Shown here: one piece after another, positions 1-7,984 of the stretch | Layout: each line of letters starts with the position of its first letter | How positions within the stretch are numbered: position 1 is the first letter of the stretch | Source: Saprospiraceae bacterium | Lineage (GTDB): Bacteria; Bacteroidota; Bacteroidia; Chitinophagales; Saprospiraceae | Assembly (NCBI GenBank): GCA_044350415.1 | Contig: JBILHQ010000001.1 | Coordinates: 22,257 to 86,256, forward strand | Length of the DNA stretch: 64,000 nucleotides | Direction: 5' to 3' | Notes under the pieces: model-generated | Database searches by the model: none | Seen by the model: the letters and a program-made list of their open reading frames with translations, nothing else | What the model was told of the DNA's origin: nothing | Made by a program: the position numbers and the translations under genes

Positions 1-360
1 GGTTGTACCACTGTTGCATCCCTTTCCAATCTGCCGGTCAGTACCGGTAGTGACTGGATATCTACAACAGGGATGAATGTCATTACTTCTCCAGTCCAGC
101 CAGTTACTGCGCTCACCGGAGTCAAGATATTATGGACCAATCCAGCGGGGGTAAAATTTTCATCGGCCACCAGCGAGCAACCAGTTTCTTCCTTTTTCAC
201 GATAACCAAAATTGATCCATATCAGTTCAATGAAAAAGGGCAGTCTACCGTTCAGATTCATATCCACTATCAATGTACGTTACTCGGAGATAGTGCTTCG
301 GGCTTAGAGCCAACCACGATGTCGGGTAGTGGTGTAATAGGAGTTGCAATTCCGGATTAA
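1..360 (+). CDS. hypothetical protein, C-terminal fragment (gene begins upstream of window)
   Basis: Frame 1 is open from base 1 to TAA at 358-360. The track ORF 73..360 is only the part after the first Met. No recognisable motif. Confidence 0.4.
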   Translation, partial: GCTTVASLSNLPVSTGSDWISTTGMNVITSPVQPVTALTGVKILWTNPAGVKFSSATSEQPVSSFFTITKIDPYQFNEKGQSTVQIHIHYQCTLLGDSASGLEPTTMSGSGVIGVAIPD

Positions 361-474
361 TGGTCTGTCAAGTCAAAATTGCCGGGTTGGGGGCAGATCA
401 TAAGTGAATATTATCTGTTCTTTTCCGAACTTTGCGACTCTGTTTACTGTTTGCTTTAAAAAAAAATATCAATT

Positions 475-2238
475 TTGTCAGACGTCGCAAAACCTAAGTT
501 CAATTTTTCGCTATTCCGGCAGGTAATGGCAATGGTAAAGCCCTATAAAAATATTTTCTGGCTGACCGTCATCCTTACCCTTATTTTGGCACCACTTGCG
601 GTGGTGCGACCGAAGCTTATTCAGGTAATGGTGGATAAGTATATTGCAGTTTCCGATTTGCATGGCATGGGCATGATTGCTTTGGCGATTCTTGGAGCCC
701 TGATTGTGGAAGTGGTATTACGGTATTTTTTCCTGTATTATGCCGATTGGTTGGGGCAAGCAGTTTTAAGGGATTTGCGAACCAAAGTATTTCGCCATAT
801 TACCAATCTGAACCTATCTTATTTTGACAAAACGCCCATAGGACAAAGCACGACTCGAACCATCAACGATATCGAAAGCATTAACACCGTCTTTTCGGAA
901 GGGAGTGTGACTATTTTATCTGATATGGCCACGATAGTTGCCGTATTAACCGTCATGTTACTGACCTCCTGGAAAATGACATTGGTGGTACTGTCCGTTT
1001 TTCCATTGTTGATATGGGGCAGTTACCAATTCAAGGAAAGCGTGCGAAAGAGTTATGAAAGAGTTCGTAACCACGTTGCAGCCATGAATGCTTTTTTACA
1101 GGAGCGTATTTCAGGGATGCGTATCGTCCAGATTTTTAACGCAGAAGCGCGGGAAGCGGAGAAATTCCGGAAAATAAATCACGAGTACACTGCTGCCAAC
1201 TTGCGCAGTATCCTTGCCTACGCTATTTTTTTTCCACTGGTAGATATCATTAGTGCCTTATCACTGGGCCTGATGGTATGGTATGGCACGCAAGGGGTGC
1301 TGGCGGGCGTCATTTCACGGGGCGCTATGGTGGTGTTCCCCATGTACATTACCATGCTATACCGGCCTATCAGAATGCTTGCTGATAAATTCAACAACCT
1401 GCAAATGGGTATGATTGCCGCTGAGCGTGTTTTTAAACTGCTTGAAAACGACAATTATGTAAAAAATACCGGCACTTTAAAGCCCGAACATTTGAAAGGG
1501 GAAATTTCTTTTAAAAATGTCACCTTCTCTTATACGCCGGATACCCCTGTTCTAAAAGGAGTAAGTTTTGATATTCATCCGGGAAATACACTGGCCATAG
1601 TAGGCAGTACAGGAAGTGGCAAATCGACGATCATTAATTTGTTGGGCCGATTTTATGAAATTGATGGAGGGCAGATATTGATCGACGGCCACCAATTGAA
1701 TGAATATGACATATTCCATCTTCGCCGTCGCGTTGCAGTAGTATTGCAGGATGTTTTTCTGTTTTCGGGCTCTGTATTGGAAAATATTACCCTGCGTGAC
1801 CTCAGCTTCTCAGAGGAAGAAGTGGTAGCCGCTGCAAAAATGATCGGAGCGCATGAGTTTATCATGAAACTGCCCGGTGGATATCATTATGAGGTGATGG
1901 AAAGGGGCGCTACGCTTTCGATGGGACAGCGGCAGTTGATCTCTTTTGTAAGAGCATTGGTGTTTAACCCTGATATCTTAATCCTGGATGAAGCTACCTC
2001 TTCAATCGACCCTGAGACAGAATCAGTTATACAGTATGCTATTGAACGATTGATTGCCCGCCGAACCAGCATTATTATTGCGCACCGGCTGTCCACTATC
2101 CGTCATGCCACCAATATTTTGGTACTTGAAAAAGGTGAAGTGGTCGAATTGGGAAATCATGAGGCACTGCTGGCAAAAGCAAGCGGCAAATACCGCGAAC
2201 TTTATGAAAAGCAATTTATTGCGGCAGAAGAAGTATAA
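475..2238 (+). CDS. ABC transporter permease/ATP-binding protein (type I exporter, MsbA/multidrug-like)
   Basis: The N-terminal half has about 6 hydrophobic segments. The C-terminal NBD has Walker A GSTGSGKST, signature LSMGQRQ, Walker B ILILDEATS and H-loop IIAHRLST. The start codon is TTG. Confidence 0.9.
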   Translation: MSDVAKPKFNFSLFRQVMAMVKPYKNIFWLTVILTLILAPLAVVRPKLIQVMVDKYIAVSDLHGMGMIALAILGALIVEVVLRYFFLYYADWLGQAVLRDLRTKVFRHITNLNLSYFDKTPIGQSTTRTINDIESINTVFSEGSVTILSDMATIVAVLTVMLLTSWKMTLVVLSVFPLLIWGSYQFKESVRKSYERVRNHVAAMNAFLQERISGMRIVQIFNAEAREAEKFRKINHEYTAANLRSILAYAIFFPLVDIISALSLGLMVWYGTQGVLAGVISRGAMVVFPMYITMLYRPIRMLADKFNNLQMGMIAAERVFKLLENDNYVKNTGTLKPEHLKGEISFKNVTFSYTPDTPVLKGVSFDIHPGNTLAIVGSTGSGKSTIINLLGRFYEIDGGQILIDGHQLNEYDIFHLRRRVAVVLQDVFLFSGSVLENITLRDLSFSEEEVVAAAKMIGAHEFIMKLPGGYHYEVMERGATLSMGQRQLISFVRALVFNPDILILDEATSSIDPETESVIQYAIERLIARRTSIIIAHRLSTIRHATNILVLEKGEVVELGNHEALLAKASGKYRELYEKQFIAAEEV

Positions 2239-2245
2239 TAATCAG

Positions 2246-2310
2246 GAGTGAGAGGTGAGGTGCGAAGATTACCCCAAAAATGGAATCATCTATGCACCTC
2301 CTGTCTCACT
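2246..2310. terminator. imperfect hairpin between convergent genes, possible bidirectional terminator
   Basis: GAGTGAGAGGTGAGGTGC (2246-2263) pairs with GCACCTCCTGTCTCACT (2294-2310) and is followed by TCTATTTTTT. The loop is large (about 30 nt), so this is tentative. Confidence 0.3.
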
Positions 2311-2311
2311 T

Positions 2312-2959
2312 CTATTTTTTGTAGCTATCCACCACCATGGCATCAATACCATTACGTGCGAGATCGCCTTCGTATTTCTCCGCTTCTGCACGGGATTTGC
2401 ACCGTTTGGCGACAACACGCCACAAGTCAGTTTTGTATTTAACTACTTCAGCATCGCGATATCCCATTTTCACAAAACGTTCCATTTCAATGCGTGCATT
2501 CTCCACTTGGCTGAATGCACCCACTACGAGATGATAGCGGCCACTATTAGTCGGTACTGCTTTTTGTTTAGGAACTGCACCTCCTTTAGCCACCAATTGA
2601 GTAGGTGGAGCAGGTTTAGCGGTTGGTGCAATTGGTTTTGTAGCAGAGGCCGTCGTTGATTTTGTGGCAGAGGCTGTTGGTTTCGAAGTTTTTGTAGTTG
2701 CACCGTCTTCGATTCCATTTTTGTCAGCAGTCGGTTTGGTTTTGTCCGACTCCCCCACATAGGTACTGGAATTAGTTTGCGTGTTGTCTACGTAACCGTT
2801 TTCTTTAATTGTTTGATTGAGTTGCTCGTAATCTTTCTTGAGTTCTTCGGCTATTTGCGCATCTTTTTTTGATTTATCAAGTGCGAGGTAACCGGCGGCT
2901 AATACGAGTAAGCCCAGCAGGGCATAAAGTAAATAAGTGAAAAAGTTGTTCGATCTCAT
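2312..2959 (-). CDS. SPOR domain-containing membrane-anchored protein
   Basis: It has an N-terminal TM helix (FFTYLLYALLGLLVLAAGYLAL) and a low-complexity T/K/P/A linker (KPTASATKSTTASATKPIAPTAKPAPP). The C-terminal SPOR-like module is GRYHLVVGAFSQVENARIEMERF...WRVVAKRCKSRAEAEKYEGDL. Confidence 0.8.
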   Translation of the reverse strand: MRSNNFFTYLLYALLGLLVLAAGYLALDKSKKDAQIAEELKKDYEQLNQTIKENGYVDNTQTNSSTYVGESDKTKPTADKNGIEDGATTKTSKPTASATKSTTASATKPIAPTAKPAPPTQLVAKGGAVPKQKAVPTNSGRYHLVVGAFSQVENARIEMERFVKMGYRDAEVVKYKTDLWRVVAKRCKSRAEAEKYEGDLARNGIDAMVVDSYKK

Positions 2960-3102
2960 ACTACTTGGAGTGAATGAAAAATGAGTTGGTAACCATGAAA
3001 AGAAATAAGTTCATGCCAGTTAGGACGGAGTAAATAATAACAAGTTTTTATTTACGGGCTCCCTGAGGGGCGAAAGTAAAGGAATTTTGTCTAACTATAT
3101 TG

Positions 3103-3110
3103 TACTTTTG
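3103..3110 (+). promoter_or_regulatory. Bacteroidota -7 promoter box TACTTTTG
   Basis: Exact match to TAnnTTTG, 34 nt upstream of the in-frame ATG at 3144. Confidence 0.4.
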
Positions 3111-3143
3111 TTGAGGAAGTTATTTTGTCACTGCTATTCATCT

Positions 3144-3899
3144 ATGTTTTTTAAAAAGAAAACCATTCAAAAATACGCTGCCGAAATCAATATTCATGGA
3201 AGTTCGCTGCCTGTGGAAGTCGTTATTGAACCCCGCAGAGGATCGCGCTTCAGTATTACCCGTAAGAAAATTATCATGCGCGTACCAATGGGCGTATCTG
3301 CTGATGTGGTAAAGCAGGAATTGGGGCGACTTCAGATTTGGGTAAGCGATTTAGTGGTAAAAAAGCCAAATGTGCTGGCACATTTTGTTGAAAAAGAATA
3401 CCAAACTGGCCACATTCTTACGGTTGGTCTCCGTCATTACCACCTTGATATCATTGATGAAGAACGAGCGTCGCATTCCGGCAAGTTAATAGGTAATACC
3501 ATCGCTTTGCGCCTCAGCAACAAGGCTGCCCCCAAACAAAGGCATAAAGCCATTCAAACCTTACTTTCGAGGGTGGTTGCGAGCGATTTTTACGCTGATA
3601 TCGCCAACCGGGTGCATGATATTAACCGGGCAACGGTCAACAAGCCTATCAAAAAAATTTTCCTCAAGCATAATTATTCCAATTGGGGCAGTTGCTCGCG
3701 CGACGGTAATGTCAACCTGTCCACCCGGTTGCTTTTTGCACCATTGGAGGTGCAGAATTATGTGATTGTGCATGAATTAGCCCATTTGGTGGAATTAAAT
3801 CACTCTGACCGGTTTTGGGCAATCGTGGAACAACACATGCCCGATTATCCGCAGAAAGAAAGATGGTTGAAGGAACACGGCGGGAAGTGTAATTTTTGA
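3144..3899 (+). CDS. YgjP-like (DUF45/M48-type) metal-dependent hydrolase
   Basis: C-terminal HELAHLVELNHSDRFW (HExxH zinc motif in the typical YgjP context). The track ORF starts at TTG 3087, but the -7 box at 3103-3110 argues for ATG 3144. Confidence 0.8.
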   Translation: MFFKKKTIQKYAAEINIHGSSLPVEVVIEPRRGSRFSITRKKIIMRVPMGVSADVVKQELGRLQIWVSDLVVKKPNVLAHFVEKEYQTGHILTVGLRHYHLDIIDEERASHSGKLIGNTIALRLSNKAAPKQRHKAIQTLLSRVVASDFYADIANRVHDINRATVNKPIKKIFLKHNYSNWGSCSRDGNVNLSTRLLFAPLEVQNYVIVHELAHLVELNHSDRFWAIVEQHMPDYPQKERWLKEHGGKCNF

Positions 3900-3914
3900 T
3901 TATTGAATCACCTC

Positions 3915-5060
3915 CTATGTGAATCCAGCGTCTGCATCGCCATCCTGAATACTTACCGGTGCTGTCACGGAAAATACCTTTGAAATAATGTAATGCCGTT
4001 TGACGGTACGACACAGAAAAAATGGCGATGACCGGTCAGCACGAATGCCAGCAACTAAATCAGGATGAAATACAGTCAGCGTATTCGCTCCTGCCGATAC
4101 CGCATGGTGATAAATAACTGCTAACACAGCAGCAGCAGTCCCCTGGGAAAAATAACAATAGGGTACTTTTAAATGGCTGTCTCTGATAGACAACAACAAA
4201 AAACCCGTCAATTCCCCTGCATTATTGCAGATTTTTATCGCAAAATACGCAAAATGCTTCGCGGTCGCTGTAAAATGGTATTTTGCAGCGATCTGGTCAG
4301 GTGCTGGTGCCGACAATACCCAGGGGTTTTTCAGCATCCAGTCCAATCCTGCTTTCCCGCGGCGCAAGAATGCGTGCTGTTGGTGAGTTTCAATGAATGC
4401 GGCAGTTTCCGCGTCAATTTCATTCGTATAAAGGAGAGGAGGCAAATGATACTGGTAAAAAAGCAGCCGTAGCCGGTTGACGGGCCTGAGTAACGCATCA
4501 GCAATGGAAAGCAGTGGTTTCAAACGTGCCCATTTTTCGCTTTTTGAAGATAACAAGCGGGAAAAATCAGGGCGCAAATACCCCCGGATACCTTCTGGTT
4601 GCAATAAATCGTTGAATTGTTGGGTTCGATCATACAGGCCCTTTGCTTCCGGGGTAAATTCAGTCACCAGAATTCGGTGGTTCCAATGCTCAAACACGGT
4701 ATTTATCAATTGTTTGGCAATGCCTTTACCCCGAAGTGCAGGGCTAACCCACATACAGGAAAGCCAACCTGCTCTTTCTGGTTTTCCTGCTGGGTAAATA
4801 AGATCGGGCAATACGCCAAGATATGCCTGAAGCGTTCCTGCTGCATAGATAAGTACAAGGGCCAGGTCGTCGGGTTGTGCATTTGGATTGCGCGTATGCG
4901 ACAAAGCACGATGCGGTGAGACAGGAACTACCTCGCTTTGGCGATATGCCTCCGACCCGATAAATGCCAAAAGGTCTTTTACCCGAATAAGTCTTGTTGT
5001 TAATTCCATTTTTGACTGCTCAGCGCCGCGCGTATTCCCGACCGGCCATTTTTTTGGCAA
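3915..5060 (-). CDS. GNAT family N-acetyltransferase with about 200-aa C-terminal extension
   Basis: The acetyl-CoA binding motif WVSPALRGKGIAKQLINTVFEHW lies in the N-terminal half. An alternative start (MELTTR, at 5009) would remove the 41-nt overlap with the upstream gene. Confidence 0.7.
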   Translation of the reverse strand: MPKKWPVGNTRGAEQSKMELTTRLIRVKDLLAFIGSEAYRQSEVVPVSPHRALSHTRNPNAQPDDLALVLIYAAGTLQAYLGVLPDLIYPAGKPERAGWLSCMWVSPALRGKGIAKQLINTVFEHWNHRILVTEFTPEAKGLYDRTQQFNDLLQPEGIRGYLRPDFSRLLSSKSEKWARLKPLLSIADALLRPVNRLRLLFYQYHLPPLLYTNEIDAETAAFIETHQQHAFLRRGKAGLDWMLKNPWVLSAPAPDQIAAKYHFTATAKHFAYFAIKICNNAGELTGFLLLSIRDSHLKVPYCYFSQGTAAAVLAVIYHHAVSAGANTLTVFHPDLVAGIRADRSSPFFLCRTVKRHYIISKVFSVTAPVSIQDGDADAGFT

Positions 5061-5940
5061 GATATGACAAATATGCAGCGCCGATCATCACAGGGGCGCT
5101 AAACTGGTATTTTTCCATAGCAAAGCGCTGAAAATGGGTATTGATATGCTCCTTTTTTACGCCGGCGCAACCAAAGGTGAAAGTATTGGGTGGCAGATTT
5201 TCAAAAAAAGCATCATTCACACCAGCATCTGTAAATGGAAAGGCAAAGGTTGGATGGGGAATGCCCCATTTCTGGCTGATAAATGCCAGGCTGTGTGAAG
5301 TCTGCAACAGTTGACCGGAAAGCGGCAGACTGCTGTACAAGGGATGATCCATACTATGACCACCCACACCAAACCCTTTTTTAATCAAATAACTAATTTG
5401 ATCGAATGTCATATAAGGTTGGTAATCATCTAAAAAATGCCGGAAATCCACTCCCCTGCTATCGGCTTCCTGATCCAACTGATCCTTTTGCTGATAAGTA
5501 ATTGGCAGAAAATCCTGGCGAAGCTCGGGGAACCTGCCAGCCAAAAGACTGGCTTTATACCGATACATCAAATCGTTATTATCGATAAAATCAGGGTTAA
5601 TAAAAAATGTAGCGGGAATGCCTTTTTCCAGTAATACCGGGGCAATAGTATCATAACACTGCCGGAGCCCGTCGTCAAAACTCAGGTGAAATACCGGCTT
5701 GTTCCATTGTTTACCTGCAATTACCTCGTCCAGAGAAACCGGCTGAAAGTACCGCAAAATCCAGTCCAGATCAGCCTTGAATCGGGCGGAATTGCGCACT
5801 GGATACAGTTGCTCAATATGTGGCGCAGGTTCGTCACTGACGAGATGGTAAAATGGCAGAAAAAGCCGCATCCCTGAAAGGTTCAGGAGCGATTGAAATG
5901 GAACTTTGTCGGCAATATTAAACAGAAAACGGTCTATCAA
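5020..5940 (-). CDS. polysaccharide deacetylase (NodB/CE4-like) family protein
   Basis: NodB motif 1 is HLSFDDG and the His motif is GGHSMDHP. It overlaps the upstream gene by 4 nt. Confidence 0.8.
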   Translation of the reverse strand: MIDRFLFNIADKVPFQSLLNLSGMRLFLPFYHLVSDEPAPHIEQLYPVRNSARFKADLDWILRYFQPVSLDEVIAGKQWNKPVFHLSFDDGLRQCYDTIAPVLLEKGIPATFFINPDFIDNNDLMYRYKASLLAGRFPELRQDFLPITYQQKDQLDQEADSRGVDFRHFLDDYQPYMTFDQISYLIKKGFGVGGHSMDHPLYSSLPLSGQLLQTSHSLAFISQKWGIPHPTFAFPFTDAGVNDAFFENLPPNTFTFGCAGVKKEHINTHFQRFAMEKYQFSAPVMIGAAYLSYLAKKMAGREYARR

Positions 5941-6848
5941 GGGACAATCACCTTATAAGTTTTCCGTTCTTTATTGGTGAGCTTATTATCGATAAGCCAG
6001 GGATTGAGCAACTTAAAGGCGCGGTAGTTGGTGCCGTGTTCGCGGGCGAAGTCACCCCAGTTGGCCACCGGTTCGCTTACTTCCACTGTTTTTCCTTTGC
6101 CCGGCACCGGATACAAGTGTGCCGCGTCAATGGTGTACTCATACCTTTCGGGGTGCGACATCACTTCTTTGATAGCCACAATTCTAAACGGGTAACGCAT
6201 TGTTTCCTCTGCTGCCAGGTTCATTTCAAAGAAATTATTGGCACGTTGGCTTTCTTTGTCCTGTTTGATCCGGCCTGGTCCGCCGTTGTAAGCCGCTGCG
6301 GCCAATACCCAGGAGCCCAGGCGATTCCTTTCACTTTTCAAGTATTTACAAGCTGCATGTGTCGCTTTTTCTAAGTGATAGCGCTCGTCAATATCGGCGT
6401 TCACTTCAAGTCCGAACTCAGTGGCTGTGCCTTTCATGAACTGCCACACTCCGCGTGCACCGACAGGGGAGTTGGCATTGGACAATACACTTTCTGCCAC
6501 GGCGAGGTATTTCAGGTCTTCCGGCACACCTTCCTCTTTCATAATAGGCTCAATAATGGGGAAAATTGCGTTTGCCCGTTTGATGGCCAACAATGTACCG
6601 GAATGGAGGTAAACATTGCGGAGCAGTTCGGCATCGAGGCGTTGGCGCACATCCTGATTGTCCATCGGGAATTTTTCGCCACAAAAATCAAAATCGCGGT
6701 CCAGGTCAATGGATTTAATAGCTTGTTCAGGGCTGCGCCACGTTGTAGCAGGCACTTTTTCATTGCCACCAAAGGATGAAAAAAGCAGAATGGCGATACC
6801 AGCCACCAAAAAAGCATTGACTACGAGTAAATTACGTATAGTAAGCAT
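5937..6848 (-). CDS. lytic transglycosylase (SLT domain) protein
   Basis: N-terminal TM/signal segment. SLT motifs are AVAESVLS (catalytic E-S), GVWQFM and AAAAYNGGPGRI. Confidence 0.85.
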   Translation of the reverse strand: MLTIRNLLVVNAFLVAGIAILLFSSFGGNEKVPATTWRSPEQAIKSIDLDRDFDFCGEKFPMDNQDVRQRLDAELLRNVYLHSGTLLAIKRANAIFPIIEPIMKEEGVPEDLKYLAVAESVLSNANSPVGARGVWQFMKGTATEFGLEVNADIDERYHLEKATHAACKYLKSERNRLGSWVLAAAAYNGGPGRIKQDKESQRANNFFEMNLAAEETMRYPFRIVAIKEVMSHPERYEYTIDAAHLYPVPGKGKTVEVSEPVANWGDFAREHGTNYRAFKLLNPWLIDNKLTNKERKTYKVIVP

Positions 6849-6883
6849 GGGAGAAGGTGCGTTAAAAATTGTCTATTAAAACG

Positions 6884-6891
6884 CAAAAGTA
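6884..6891 (-). promoter_or_regulatory. Bacteroidota -7 promoter box TACTTTTG (minus strand)
   Basis: The plus-strand CAAAAGTA is an exact TAnnTTTG on the minus strand, 36 nt upstream of ATG 6848. Confidence 0.4.
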
Positions 6892-6939
6892 CGACAAAAA
6901 GTATATTCAGTCATTTTTATAGCACTCGTGGTCGAGGCT

Positions 6940-7443
6940 CTAGGTAACCTTCGTCTCCACATCCAGCAATTTCAATAATGTTGGGATCCTGAATGGGCCG
7001 GCCATTGACTGAATACGCGCGGCGGCGGTATCCAATGGCATACCAACGCTGGTAACGAACAGTGGATTTTTGCTTTCGCCCCGCAATATTTCGGCCACAT
7101 ACTGTGTATTGGAGAAAAACCGGGTCTTTGCTACGCCAATCACAGGTACTTTCCGCACCAATGCTTCGTACAGGTAGGTGCCCAACCCGGGTTTACCAAA
7201 ATCGTCTAATACCACATAACCGTCGATGACAATAGCAGAAACCGACATTAAGTCAAATGCGTCCAATACCGCCATCAGGCAAGGTAATTCCCTTTTGTAA
7301 AAAGCACCAGGCTCATATTCCGCAACTTCGGGAATATGAATCACATGAACTTTGAAAGGTGCTTCATCGGGCCAATCATCGAATGCGATGCAAACGGCTT
7401 TGGTGGTGTCGGAGCGGTAATGAACGTCGAGTGCGAGCAGCAT
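6940..7443 (-). CDS. endonuclease V-like protein (short form)
   Basis: By eye it aligns to E. coli Nfi: ALDVHY vs GADVGF, YEPGAFYKRELPCL vs YIPGFLSFREYPAL, VIDGYV...VPVIGVAKTRF vs FVDGHG...VPTIGVAKKRL, and NPLFVTSVG vs NPLFIATGH. It lacks about 40 N-terminal residues of Nfi. Confidence 0.65.
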   Translation of the reverse strand: MLLALDVHYRSDTTKAVCIAFDDWPDEAPFKVHVIHIPEVAEYEPGAFYKRELPCLMAVLDAFDLMSVSAIVIDGYVVLDDFGKPGLGTYLYEALVRKVPVIGVAKTRFFSNTQYVAEILRGESKNPLFVTSVGMPLDTAAARIQSMAGPFRIPTLLKLLDVETKVT

Positions 7444-7696
7444 TTGAAAAAAGAATAAGAGTTTCAGGCAATATCCGATAACGCAGAGGAATTATTCCAG
7501 CAAGTGGTCACGAGATTGAAAATGATATGTTTTGTGGTGTTTTTTGATCTCAGATATGATTACTATAGAATCCGGAAGAGGCTTATTTTTCACGTCAGAC
7601 ACTGGCTGTATTATTACTCTTTATCAAAAATGGTAGTTTTTTTCTGAAAGGTAAAGCAAAACCTGCATTTTTGTAAAACCAAGAGGAATAACTAGG

Positions 7697-7975
7697 GCCA
7701 GATTTTATGCCAACGAAAACTTTTGCCGTCAAACTGTACAAGCATTGATAGATCTGGGGCATGATATATTAACCACTTTGGAGGCGGGTCTGGCGAATCA
7801 AGGAATACCTGATGAGGACGTTTCAAGTTACGCAAAATCTGAAAACAGAATTGTACTGACATTCAACAGGAAGCATTTCATCCGTCTACACAAGCACTTG
7901 CACAACGTATTCACGCAGAATTGGAATCTATGGAACCAACGATTTCCGGGCAATTAATCAGGGTAAACCGGCCGA
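7697..7975 (+). pseudogene. degraded DUF5615 (PIN-like/Mut7-C-like) toxin-type gene
   Basis: The frame reads ARFYANENFCRQTVQALIDLGHDILTTLEAGLANQGIPDED...IVLTFNRKHFIRLHK with no ATG. The family C-terminus ALAQRIHAELESMEPTISGQLIRVNRPN continues in a different frame from about 7894. The conserved HAGIIVC block between the two parts is missing. Confidence 0.6.
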
Positions 7976-7984
7976 ATACCCCCG

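Noticed and set aside
7745-7957. Track ORF 7745..7957 taken as an intact 70-aa gene.
   Set aside because: It is the middle of a DUF5615-type gene. Its N-terminus lies upstream without a start codon and its C-terminus continues in another frame. It is called a pseudogene instead.
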